From the IMG/VR virus record IMGVR_UViG_3300024346_000005: 64,000 bases of DNA, one strand, 5' to 3'. The DNA is from a virus (lineage: Duplodnaviria; Caudoviricetes). Position 1 is the stretch's first letter. Each line of letters starts with the position of its first letter. Positions 42,665 through 55,853 of this stretch are shown here, piece after piece. The notes below the pieces were generated by a model. It did not search any database, was not told where the DNA came from, and saw only the letters and a list, made by a program, of their open reading frames with translations. A program made the position numbers and the translations under genes.

Positions 42665-45600
42665 ATGAAAACTTATTTGCTGATTGCTGGAGACAATTAT
42701 TACCCTTCTGCTGATACTGGTGATTGGGTTGGGTGTTTCTCTACCTATGAAGAAGCAAAGGCACAAGTAGAACCCAAAAAAACCAAAGGATATACCGTAA
42801 ATGGACGGGATTGGGGTTGTGATTGGTATGAAATTGTTGATTTGAGAGACTGGATGAACCGATGACGAAACAAGAACTCAAAGAACTTCTCACACCAGAG
42901 TTTCTTTCCACACTTCATAGTGCTGTGGAGTGTTGTGGATGGGATGTTGATATGGTAGAGAGTATGAACTTTTGTGATTGGTGCTATAATGTAGCAGGAC
43001 AACCACTACCAAAATATGATATGAGTTTTGATATGGAGGATGTATGACTACCAAATGCACCTGTTCCTACATTCAAATAGGAACCAAAACTTCAAACACT
43101 CAAAACCTCAATCCAGATTGCCCTTTACACGGAACTGATAGTGTGTGGCATAATAGTCCAGAACAAGTCAAAAAACGAGAGGAGAGGTCGCAACGACTTC
43201 GGGAACTTTATGATACTGCTCGCAAAGCAAGGGAGAACTTGAAATGACTGAAACTATTCAACAACTCAAAGAGGATATTGCTATTCTCCAAGAGAAACTA
43301 CAAAAACTTGAAGAACAGCAACGAACAAAATCACCAGTAGAAGAATGCTACAAAGATTGGTGGGGGCAATATCCTGAATTAGAAACTGACTCCCAGTATG
43401 ATGATACAAGGTGGCAAGGTTTCCAAGCAGGATATGAGTTTGCTTACGCAATCTCTACCGCAAAGGAAGTAATGGAAAAAGTTCAAGAAGAACAAGAAGA
43501 TAATGAATGGAAATCTGTTGCTCTTCGTTTTGGTGAAAAGTTGAGTGGATATTTGAGTGATGGTTATTATGAACTTTCTCCTGCTGCTTGGTTTAGGTGG
43601 GCGGTATTTACTTATGGGAAAGGACAACAAATAAAAGATGCTGTTCGTGAGAGTAAGAAATGGTGTGAAGAAAATCCAGATAAAGACCCATTAGATTGTT
43701 TGAAACCTCAAACACCAGAGCAAGTTGCTGATGGATTGAAAGAAGCATTCAGGGAAGCAGTCAAGCAAGGTGTAGTTTCATCTACCAAACCACAAACTCT
43801 TTATGATGTGATTGCTGACTGGTGGGATGATACATTCACCAAGAAAGAAACATCACTTCAGGAACTTGTGGATGCCATTGAAGAATGGTTGCCGAAAGAA
43901 CAATCTGCCGCTGGGTCTCAAAATGCTTATGTTGAGTGTACTGTAGAAGGTTTCAACGATTGTCTCAATAAAATCAAGAGGAAACTACGATGAGATACCC
44001 ACAATACGCACTTGGATTACTTACTGGATTTTGTCTTGCTTGTCTGTATTTTATGGTGCCTGCTATTCTTGAGAGTTTCAAACAACCAGAAGCACAAGCA
44101 GTTGCAGAACCAGTTGAGAAACATGGAACTTTTACAGTTGTCAGTGAATACAAAGGTTGTGATTTAGTTCAATGGCAATATAATATGCTTTCTGAATACA
44201 AATATTTTCTCCACTGCCCAAAATGATTGAAATTCAAAAGAACTACAAAATCACACTGGACGAAGAACAGGCACGACTATTGTATCATATTCTTGATGTA
44301 ACTGATAATGATAGGAGACAGGGATTGAATGGACTTTATAATGAACTGAAAGGCACTCTCAAAATTGGAATACGATGACTGAATATACTGAATATACTTT
44401 TCCTGCTGATTACAATAAATCAAACACATATACTATCACACAACCAAAACTATCTAACTGGACTTGTTATGCGTTTGGTGGTGATGCTAGTTTTTCTCCT
44501 ATGACTTGGGTGCCACAAGAAGGTAAAGTTCCTAATGCTTGGGTAAGGTTCTGGTCTAAAGTATTTTTTGATTGTAACTGGGTGAAGAACAAATGAAAAT
44601 CACAGCACACGAACTTGCAGTTATTATTGATACTTTCAACCACTCTCTAATGGTATCAAACTGGAATGGAGTATATACTCACAAGTCAAGGGAGAGGGTA
44701 AGGGATTTGATTGCCGACATTATGAATGATATGAGTGTAGAGATTATCACAGACAAAGCAGAATTCACTATTGATGCTGACGCAGGTATTTGAAATGACT
44801 GAACCAACACTAAAAATAGGACCATCAGGATATAAACTCAATCCAGAGAAACTGAAAGGAGCACCTCAAAGTGTTCTTCCTTATATTCTTGGTTGTTTTT
44901 ATTTCACCGAAGATTATGAGTATTTTGATGTAATCAAAGATTATCTTGATATACCTGAACCTTGTAAAACTCTGGAAGAAATATCGCAAGAATTGGATGA
45001 GAAGATTGATGATTTGATTGAGAGAACAAAGAATAGTTTTTATAAGTCAAAGTATATTGCTGAAACTTTGTATGATACAAAGTTCAATAGAATTATTGAT
45101 AACTTTGAGTATGCGAAGGAACACGGACAATTTCCACCTAAACTTACATATTCTAACCTTATTGCGACTGGTAGTAATATTACTTCCAGTTTTGTGATTA
45201 AACAAGGAAATAAACACGAAGGATACTATACATTCGGTAATTGTAGGTCTTTCAAGTATTATATGCCGACTAAACCGAATTTTATAGTCCGTTTCTTTAT
45301 GAAAAATCTTCTTGGATTTTTCTGGGTGGATGAAAAATGAGATACTACGAAACCAGAACTTACGAACACCAAAAGGACTTTGATGAAAAGAACCGAGCAC
45401 AAAAGTATCTCACAGAATACCGAGATAAGTATCTTCATCTCCGTAAGGAAGTTCGTAATCTTGTAAGAGAACAAAACCTTACTATCACTCCTGATTTTGC
45501 TAAACTGATTGGATTGAAATGACCTACCCATCGTATTGTTGTCCTAAATGCGGGGATATGATAGGATGGACTGGAAGGTTCTTTCAGTTTCTTCGTATTC

Positions 45601-48600
45601 CATTACATCGGTGTGAGAAATGACTAATCCACTAATTGAAAAATATAATGAAATTCACAATCCAAAACCACCAGAGCCTCCAAAACCAGTAGAGAAACCA
45701 AAACCACGAAAACTCGCAAAATGTTATGACCGTGATGACTTGAAAGTATCTTTTCAACAAGTAGCAGATAAAATCCAACAAGGAAAAGCACAGGTTGCGA
45801 GTATGAGTATGGAAAGGGATGTAATGAGTATTATGCCTAATAAAATTATCTTTGAGGTTTATGTGGATGACTTATAAAGATAAAGACATTATAAGATTAG
45901 CAAGACACTGGGGAGCAACAGAAACCTACACTAGCATGATTTTTGAAACAATCCTTGAGGAACAGAGGACACTTGAGAAACTGGCACAGACACCCTCCAC
46001 AGGGGCACCAGATGCCCTATAATACATTCATACACAAGACAAACTCCAAATGACTATTGAAATCACAAACCAAGTTCGTATTCAAGAATACGGAGATTAT
46101 TGGTATACGGTAGAAGACACTCATATTGATGTGGGATGCGATGGATGCACCATTTCTTATTGGCAGTTTGATAAAGAAAAAGGAGATAAACGAATTCAAC
46201 ATATTTGTATGGGAAATGTAGAAGCACTTGCTGTTGCTGATGCCATCTACAAACTCTTCAAGGTGAACTGAAATGACTAAACACGAGATTGGTGAAACAA
46301 TTGGATTTTATATTTTTGTGGGATTGATGGGTTGGGCACTTGTGTCTTTCTTTCCTCTTACTTGGGGACAGGCACTCATAATCTCTTGGATGTTTAACAA
46401 ACTTATTGATGTATTAGAATGACTACCAAACTCGTTGATGATTATGTGAATTTCATTATGGATAGTATGTCTCAACAAATCAAAGAAGAAATGCTTTATG
46501 AGTATTTGGTGAATGACTATAAGGATTTGAGTGAGGAAGAACTCACTCAACAAATCCTTGAAATCTATGGTGATGAATGGTTTAAGGAGAACACCTGAAA
46601 TGAACTACCTCTGCCTTGTTGATGGTCTTGTAGAATATGGTAGCACCAGTTTGAGTGATTTTGCTCACTATCAACTGGTGTATGCCGAAGAACACCAAGA
46701 TGCTGATGTTCAGTATCTCACACTGACTGATGAAGAGTATGAATCTATGTTTCCTGTGGAGGATGAAGATAATGGATAAAGAAGAACTCACAATACTTTT
46801 TATTATTCTTGGAATACTTCTACTTTTCGCAATCCTTAACGGATTTGTTGTGAATTATGAGAAAACAGAATGTTTGAAAGAAGGTGGAAAGTGGGTTTCT
46901 GGTATGATTGCTGGTAATTATTCTTATTTCTGTGTGCCGAAATGACTAAAGAACAAATCCTGGAAGTTGCTGATGAGTTCCTTGAAGAATGGGAAGCAGA
47001 AGAGGATGGAAAAACTTGGGTAGAATATAGTGGAACTGCTCAAGAAATCATTTATTTTGCTCAACAAATTCGTAGAGATACACTTTATGAAATCATTCAC
47101 CTACTCTCAAATGTTCCTAATCCTCAAGCAAACCAAACAGCAATCAATCGTATTGAAATGGAGTTGAACTGATGAAAAAACAAGAACTCAAAGAACTTCT
47201 CACACCAGAGTTTCTATCAACTCTTCATACTGCTGTGGAGTGTTGTAATTGGAATGCGGATATGATTGAAACTATGGAGTTTTGTGATTGGTGCTATAAT
47301 ATGGCAGGACAACCAAAACCACAGTATGATATGGGTGTTGAGGGATATGACTGAACGACTAAAATTCACACAAGTATCCAGAGTAATCTGCCCCAAGACA
47401 GGTATTCATTATTTGGATGCGATTGATGAGTATGGGAACCACTGGACGGCACAACAGGAAACTAGTGTAGAAAAATGGATTACATATAAACAACTTTGGA
47501 CACAAGACCCTCAACAACCCGTAAAACTATGCCTGAAACCGACATCTCAAAAATTCTCATAGAAGGAGACACCGTAACCATTATGGGGGTTAGGTATCAA
47601 CGTATCATAGAACCTCAAAGTTTTTATGATAAACTCTATGGATTGCTAGACGATAATCTTATTGAATGGGTTGATACAGACGGTATTACTATTAGAGTAC
47701 TGGATTTGATTAGGGAGAATATTCCTGAATATAAAAAAGGTGTTGGACTACCAGAGTATAATGCTGGTTGGAATGACGCAATCAAAACACTCAAGGATAA
47801 ACTACGATGACTAAAAACTACCCTATAAATGACTGGGAGTTTGTTGATGAGATTGAAACATTCTTCAACGAATGGTTTTATTCCAATCATACTGACTATT
47901 CTTTCAAAAACGAATACTTTTATGGAGATTGTGCCGTTGAAGACCCAAAGACCCGTGAAGACCTAATGAGAAAATGGATATATGCGAGTTTTTATTCCGG
48001 TTTTATGATGGGACGATGTGCTAAAATGGAGAAGGAAGTAAATGAGAATTGAAATCACACAAGACATCAGTGGAACTGGTGATTATCGGTGGGAACTCTA
48101 TACTGGCCCTGAACATATTGATGAATATGTTGGATACTGTTATAGTTTGGGAGAATGTTTTGAGAAGATTGTAATGTGGAATACTTACAACGCACAAAAG
48201 TATTATGGAGGAACGGAAAATGATTAACGAAGAAAAACTCACTCTTCTTCTTGGAGTTCTCAAAACATACGCAGAACAAAAACACTGCTATGATGGTAAA
48301 GGTGGTGGAGATTACTATTATCTCCCCGAAAATAGTGATGATGCCTTTGAGGATGGTGCTGATTATGGTGAAATCCTCTTTGCCCGCACTCTATTAGAAC
48401 AAATCGGTGAAAAGTTTGAATACCCTTGTATGAAAGAAAATGAACGAAATTGAAAAAACAGAGGGAGAAATAAAAGTCCTTCAAGCAAAATTAGAACTTC
48501 TCAAAGAAATGGAGAAGCACAAATCACCAGCAGAAGAGGCATTCAAAAGAGTTTATTGTAGGTATCCTGATAAACTTGATGATAAATATGGTTCTGCTTG

Positions 48601-49558
48601 GGATATCTTTGAAAAAGGATATGCGAGAGCACAAAAAGATTATAAGGTAGGAGAGTATGAACCAACTTCACAAGAACCTGAAAATGACTGAAACCATTCA
48701 ACAACTCAAAGAAGATATTGCTCTCCTTCAAATGAAACTACAAAAACTTGAAGAAACTCAAATGACCCTTGAAAAATCAGGTGAGTTTTCTATCGTCTCA
48801 TATAATGGAGAAACTTATTATCGCAATCTTTATGATGGTATTTGTGGTGGTTGGTATAAAACTGATACAGATGGTGAAGTTTTTTATCTTGTAGAAGACG
48901 AAACTGAAAGAAAGTTGGAGAAACTTTATCAGGAACAAGTTGTAGTAAAAGAACCCAAAAAAGAACAAAAATGGGGGGATATTGTTCGTGAGAGTGTGAA
49001 ATGGTGTAAGGAGCATCCAGATGAGAGTGTGGAAGATTACCTAACTCCACAAACACCAGAGCAAGTTGATGCTGGACTTCGTAATGCTATGAGGAAAGCA
49101 AAGAAAGATGGAGTGTTTGATGAACCCAAGTTCTTGAAGTTTGAGTTAGGTAAAACTCTTGAAGAACTTATTTGTAAATGTATGGTAGATTATAATAGTA
49201 TTATAGCAGGTGGATTACTTGAAGATATTTTGAATAATATTGAAAAATGGTTGCCCGATTTTCAATCAGCTGCTGGTTCTCAAAATGTAGATACTGAATT
49301 ACTTGTAGATGGATATAATGACGCACTCACAAAAATCAAATCAAAGTTGAGGAATAAGAAATGAAACTCCACGAACGACTTACAGAATGGTATTATACTC
49401 ACGATGCCGTTCAATCTGGTGATGTGATTGCGAATGAGATTGTGGATGTCGTAAAGGACTGGTTGAAAACTCATCATAGAGAAGAAACCAAGTATGATGC
49501 CGATTATAATGCTGGATGGATGGACTGTATTGAGACACTTGAAAAGGATGCGAGGTAG
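42665..49558 (+). other. Dense array of small hypothetical ORFs with many internal paralogues (e.g. 42862/47172, 43244/48440/48684, 39888/45620)
   Basis: About 30 abutting + strand ORFs; paralogy visible in the translations. Confidence 0.65.
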
Positions 49559-49635
49559 GACACTTCCCAAACCGGCACAAGACCCCTCCACAGGGGCACC
49601 AGATGCCTTATAATAGTCTCATACGAAACAAACCG

Positions 49636-52600
49636 ATGAAAAACCATCAGTTCAAACCACAAATCTGTTTATGGAAACGAAAAGAACTAACCCTCAAATG
49701 TTGGATTTTTCGTTTTCTCACTCCTGTTGCCGGACTACTTGATGCTCTCGTCACAATTTGTTCTTTCACTATTCTAGTAAGCAACTTTGAGATGGAGGTG
49801 GTTACACTTCACACATACGAATACTTCAAAGCACTTAAAAAACAACGAACACAAAGGAACTCCAAATGACCGAACAAGAACTTATTGAACTCTGGGGAGA
49901 TGGAAGTGAGTTTGGTCTTTCTCCTAATGATGAACTGTTTATGAACAACGCATTTCGTGAGGTTGCTGTGAAGTTTGCTCTTGTAGTTGCCGATAAAGCA
50001 TATGGTGATGGAGTAAAGGTAGTTGCTGGTAAAGCATATAGTGTTGGTTATCGTGAAGGTTATGATAGTGTATATTTTTCATACGCGAGTAATTGACTTA
50101 TGAGTATTCTATCTTGGAACCACACCAGAAAAGGAACTCCAATGAAACAATCTGGGAGTTATGGTTCTCTTATGATTAGGGTGATGATGGTTAGGAGTTC
50201 TTATCCAAATCACCCTATGTTTATTGACGGAAACCCTGTATAATACTCTTACAAACACAAACACATTATGACTGCTCTTTATTTTGAATCCGAAGACGGA
50301 ACTCAATTTGATACTGCCATTTTTGATGGTTATCTTGTTGGAGACCGAATTCTTGAAGGTGTTAGGTTTATCGTGAAGATTGAAGATGGGAAACTTCATC
50401 CCACTATTCATCCTGATGATGCCGGATACTTTTCTACTCTGAATCAAAAGTATTGGATGGACAAAGTGACTGAATATGCTCAAGATTATGATGTATTTTC
50501 TCATCCTCAAAATAGAGAAGATGTTTATCTTGTGACTGATGAAACTCCCGAACCAGTTGTAGGAGTTGTTGGTAAAGCATACACTTGGGAAGAAGTCCTT
50601 CAAAAAGCAAAAGAACCAAAATGCGGGGTGATTGAGTATCTCAAAGCATTCAATTCATTATTTGAGGACAACTGAAATGAACCCAATCAAAATCGGTAAA
50701 CTGAAAATCGGCATTTTTGAAAGTTTGCTCTTTCTTTTTATTTGTGCTAAACTAACTCACACTATTGATTGGAGTTGGATTTGGGTATTGTCTCCCGGTT
50801 GGATTGCCTTTTCTATTGGAGCATTTGAAGGACTTACTGAATACTTTGAGAAACAAAAAAACAAATGACTGAACGCAACCTTACGAAACAACTTCAATAT
50901 TATGTCTATAATGACCCAGAATACGGGGAGGACATAGAAAATATTTCTTATCCTGCTTTGATTGAAATTATTGACGATTTGTATGATAAAATTGAGACAC
51001 TTGAAAGAGACAACGAACTCCTGAAATCTTATGCGTGGGAACGATGACTGATGCCCAAATATGCGAAATGGTTAATATGCACCGATACCTTATGATGTGT
51101 GAGATTAAACACGCATTTCATAAATTTTGTGCTGAAAATGGGAACCAAGATTACAGTGCTGCCAATCGTTCAGAAGCATTCAACGATACAAAATGGATTG
51201 AATTTGCTAAATGGTTCAAGGATATAAGAGATGAGTGAAGAATATGGGAATATTCCAGACGGGTTTCTACTATCTCAAAGTGAAATTGATGAATTGAGAA
51301 AATCAAAAAGAGAACTCACGGATTATGCTAAACAAAAATTGAAAGAACTTATAGAAAAACAGGAGGCACAAAATGATTGACTTATTCAACAAACTACTTA
51401 CCCGATTTGGGTTTCGGTTAGTTTCCAAAGAAGAACCTCATAAAGAAGAACGATGTTTCTTGGATGATATTACATCTCCAGAGTTTATTCAAAAACATCC
51501 AGAGTTTTTAGATAGGTATGTAGAAGGACAAAAGAATAAATCTCTTTATGCTGGAGTCATCAACTATCTTGAAGATAAGGATGGAAGAACTTATTATCAA
51601 GATAGTCGTAGTAAAAACTACTTCTGTGATTATGATGTTAAAAATCCATCTAAAGAAGTATTGGGTCTTATGATTACAGAAACCAAATTTACACCAGAAG
51701 AACTTGCGGAGAAACTGAATGACTGAAACAGCACAAAAAATTATAGCAGCAGCACGAAATGTTGCCGAAGGTTCTCCTACTTTGGGGAAACTTATTCGTG
51801 AGGGTAGAGACCCTATGATTACTAAAACTTATTATGAGTATGCTGCCGTATTGAGAACATTAGCAGAAGAACTTGGATATAATAACTTCAATATTGATGG
51901 AGACCACGGAATTAATGTCGTAAATGTAAAAGACATTCTTAAACTTGTTGATGAATTGGAGAACTTATGACTGACCCTACACTTGATGAAATGATTGAAG
52001 AAGCAGCACGGAGAGAAAGAAGTAATCGTATTCTTCAACGGTATAATGATTTCCATAATCTTGAAACTTCTGGACTTTCTTGGGGAACACCCGTAACGAT
52101 GGAACAGCAACAAATTATCGCATTTCAGTCTATGATTGATGCTCTCCGTTGTGAAAACCTCAATCAAGAATACACTCATATCGCAATTAGTGATATTGAG
52201 GACTTGATTGAGGCACTTTATCAACAATCAATTTCATTCCTTGAAAAAGTAAAAGAATTCAAAGATAGTGCGGAGGGTGTAGCATAATGTTATCACCAGC
52301 AGACCGAATTATAGAAGCAACGATGCCTCATACTCTGCGACCTAAAAGAGGAAACAGAGAGAAAGTAATTGCTGCTGCTCTGGAGTTTGTTATACTGGAA
52401 TATTCATATACTGATGGTGAGGGTGAAGATCTCATAGATGTAAGAGATTTACAGGAACTCATTAAAGAACTTCGGGAGACTGTGACACTTGAGACACTGG
52501 CACAAGACCCCACCAATCCCCCTGTGGATGCCCTATAATAGTCTCATAAGCACAAACACATTATGTCTCTTGATATTTCGTTGGAAATTGAAGTTGATAC

Positions 52601-52913
52601 GGGAGCACCTGAACCTCATAAGGTTGAGTTGTATTCTGGAAACATCACTCACAACCTGAATACGATGGCAGAAGAAGCAGGCATCTATAAGTGTCTGTGG
52701 CATCCTGATGACCTTTATGAAAATCCAACTGCTGATAAACTTATTCCACATCTTGAGGCAGGACTTCTAAAACTCAAATCTCATCCAGAGCATTATAAGC
52801 AGTTTGATGCTTCTAATGGTTGGGGAACTTATAAAGACTTTGTTCCCTTTGTGGAAAAGGTGTTGGGTGCTTGTAAAGAACACCCAAAGGCAAATGTAAT
52901 AACTTGGGTTTGA
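49636..52913 (+). other. Cluster of hypothetical ORFs (49636-49869, 49866-50096, 50268-50675, 50677-50868, 50865-51047, 51044-51238, 51373-51726, 51719-51970, 51967-52287, 52287-52538, 52563-52913)
   Basis: Co-directional short ORFs. Confidence 0.65.
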
Positions 52914-52981
52914 GGACAGCACAGACCCCCTCCACAGGGGCACCAGATGCCCTATAATAGTCTCATACACACAGAAACCTG

Positions 52982-53482
52982 ATGAACATCAACGGATACG
53001 AAATCAAACCCTTTGCTAACCTTAAAGGTGCTGACCTTTGGGGTGCTAACCTTCGGGATGCTAACCTTAAGGGTGCTAACCTTGAGGGTGCCGACCTTGA
53101 GGGTGCTAACCTTGTGGGTGCTGACCTTGAGGATGCTAACCTTCGGGGTGCTAACCTTGAGGGTGCTGACCTTAAGGGTGCTAACCTTGTGGGTGCCGAC
53201 CTTCGGGATGCTAACCTTCAGGGTGCTTACCTTGAGGGTGCTGACCTTGAGGATGCTAACCTTAGGTATGCTAACCTTAAGGGTGCTGACCTTAAGGGTG
53301 CTAACCTTGAGGGTGCTAACCTTGAGGGTGCTAACCTTGTGGGTGCTAACGTAACTGGAACCATTCTTGAGAAGAAAGAAGTTCTTCAAGATGATAAAGA
53401 CCTCAAGATTAAAGAACTTGAGGAAGAAAATGAGAAACTTAAATCTACACTTAAGTCTCTTAAGGCACTGTTGGACACCTGA
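52982..53482 (+). CDS. Pentapeptide-repeat protein with C-terminal coiled coil
   Basis: More than 20 tandem A(N/D)LxG repeats. Confidence 0.92.
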   Translation: MNINGYEIKPFANLKGADLWGANLRDANLKGANLEGADLEGANLVGADLEDANLRGANLEGADLKGANLVGADLRDANLQGAYLEGADLEDANLRYANLKGADLKGANLEGANLEGANLVGANVTGTILEKKEVLQDDKDLKIKELEEENEKLKSTLKSLKALLDT

Positions 53483-53553
53483 CGAACTGGCACAGACACC
53501 CCTCCACAGGGGCACCAGATGCCTTATAATACATAAGAACACACAGAACTCCA

Positions 53554-55749
53554 ATGACTTTTCAACCTTACAATATCGTTCCCGGAACTCAAATTGTTCA
53601 TAATTTGACCGATGTTTATGAACTCACCGATGAAGCAGAGGAAATGGTTTATCGTGTAGAACTAAATGCTGATAATGGTGGAATTTACATTCGTTCAAGT
53701 GAAAAAGGACTTGAAGAAGGTTCTAAAAACATCACCGAAGATATGTCTATCGGCAACAAAGAACTTTCCATTTGTGTTGCCCGTCGTATTCTTGAACTTT
53801 ATTCTGTAAACTAAAATGAAAATCACATTCAACGGGCACCAACAAACTGAACGACAAGTAGAACTCACTCAACAAGAACTTTTTCAACTCTTTGAGCTGA
53901 TGAAGGAATCACTTCTTGATAATGTTGAGTACGGGCAATTTGACGGATACTCTTTTTACAACGAAAAGACTATGAAGATTATGAAACTCTGTGAGACACA
54001 TAATGTAGATGTTGCTTATACCAAAGACCGTCTTGCTTTCTTTACTGAAATCATCAAAAATCTACCCAATCCTTATCAATGAATACTACAACTCCAATAC
54101 CCACAAAGTCGGGGCACATATTTTATGTGGTGATGCAGAAACGAAAAGATGGTGAAATCTATGTGGATTTACATAAAACCACAGAGAAAATCTATCTTCT
54201 TGAAGAGGACGCAGAATACGCACTAAATGAACTTGGATTTATCAAAGACCATTGCCATATTGTAAAACTGGTTGCTTATTTGTATGACTCAAGAGAATGA
54301 AAGAATTACCAATGACTGAAATAAAATTATGTAAGGATTGTAAGCACTATAAAAAAGATTGGTCTGCTCATATTACTGGTTCTGGGGACACATTTGATTT
54401 GTGCTTACATCCACTTATAACTGGAAATGTTGTGACTGGAAAAACTGATGGTCGTTATTGTGATGCTACAAGAAGGTTTCGCGAATGTGGTATGGAAGGA
54501 AAACTCTGGGAAGCAAAATGACTGAAAGACTTACCAATCCTGATGAGTTTGTGTTGGAAGATGTGAAGATGGTTCACTGGGAAAATATGGATACTGATGT
54601 ATATTGGTGTGGAATATACTTGAATGATGGAAGGATATTTCACCTTCATATTGGGGGTGATAATCTCAGGGTTTCTTTGAGTGATGAGACACCTGACGAA
54701 CTGGCACAAGAGCATCCCACTGATGCCCCTTGATGCCCTATAATAGTCTCATACGCAATTCGCAAACAGCAAATGAACATTACTATGAAACAATTCTTTG
54801 ATATGGTTGCGAAAACTATTGCGGAACCTCATACCATAATCACCGAGCACGATAAACGCAGAGCAATTCGTGTGTTTCTTTATCTTGATGAATTTATGAT
54901 GGAGAATGTGCCCGAGTATTGTGGTGATACAGAGTTAGGTGAGATTGACTTTGGTTCTTATGCTGCTGGTGTTTTAGATGAAATTGAAGGAAAATGACTG
55001 AAACAGAAAAACTCTACAAAATCTGTATTCTTGATTTGCTTATAGCAATTGATGATGATGTTGTGGATTGGAGAGACTATCCTAAACTCTGGACCGCAAT
55101 TCAAAAAGCAGATATTGCCCTTGATATTTGGGCAGGAATGAACCTCAAACAAATCAAACAGGAACTGGAAGGAAAATGACTTACAAACAACTCTCTCCTG
55201 CCGCACAGGCAGTGTCAAATGCCGCTAAATCAAGCCTGGATTGGTCGGCCGGATACCTACCAAATGCTGCTGCCGCCGCTGCCCTCCGTGCTGCTGTTGC
55301 TCACACACAACGATACCGGGAGTGTGACGCAGATGAACTCCTTGCCATCGCAAACGAACTGGAAGGAAAATGAAGACTTGGATTGAAGATGCTTATTGGC
55401 ACTGGCGTAATGTATTCTATTTCAGATTTTACGAGTATAATGACAACATAGACAGACTGGCATTTTTTGAGGAACTAAACTATGGTTGGTATCAAATGTA
55501 TTATGATAGTGAGGAATGGGAATGACTTGGAAAGAATACTGGAAAATGACTAAATGTGAGTGGTTTATTGAGGGTTTCCGCAACATCTCATACATCATAT
55601 CTTGTTATAATACTCCAGAACCTTATGGTTATGATGACTTCTGGGAGTCTCTCAGTTGGGGTTGGTGTTGTGAATATGTCTATCCTTATGATGACCCTTA
55701 CAATCCATACATATCAGAAGAACGCAAACTACGATTAGGAAGATGGTGA
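53554..55749 (+). other. Cluster of hypothetical ORFs (53554-53814, 53816-54082, 54079-54300, 54297-54521, 54518-54733, 54773-54997, 54994-55179, 55176-55373, 55516-55749)
   Basis: Co-directional short ORFs. Confidence 0.65.
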
Positions 55750-55853
55750 ATAAATAATAATGCTCTAATGAGTTCGCATCCATAAGAGTGGAAAAGGTGC
55801 ATTTTGGCACCTTTTCTTGTATAAATAGTATTGCGAACTCAATTTAGAAGCAG
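55750..55853 (+). promoter_or_regulatory. Dual late-promoter / antisense-arm / terminator cassette (copy 4)
   Basis: ATAAATA, GCTCTAATGAGTTCGCAT, AAAAGGTGC/GCACCTTTT hairpin, TATAAATA (55820-55827), TTGCGAACTCAATTTAGAAGC. Confidence 0.78.

Noticed and set aside
52990-53350. 15-bp periodic repeats resembling a CRISPR-like or VNTR array
   Set aside because: Fully explained by pentapeptide coding; no unique spacers and no cas genes. The minus-strand ORFs here are shadows.
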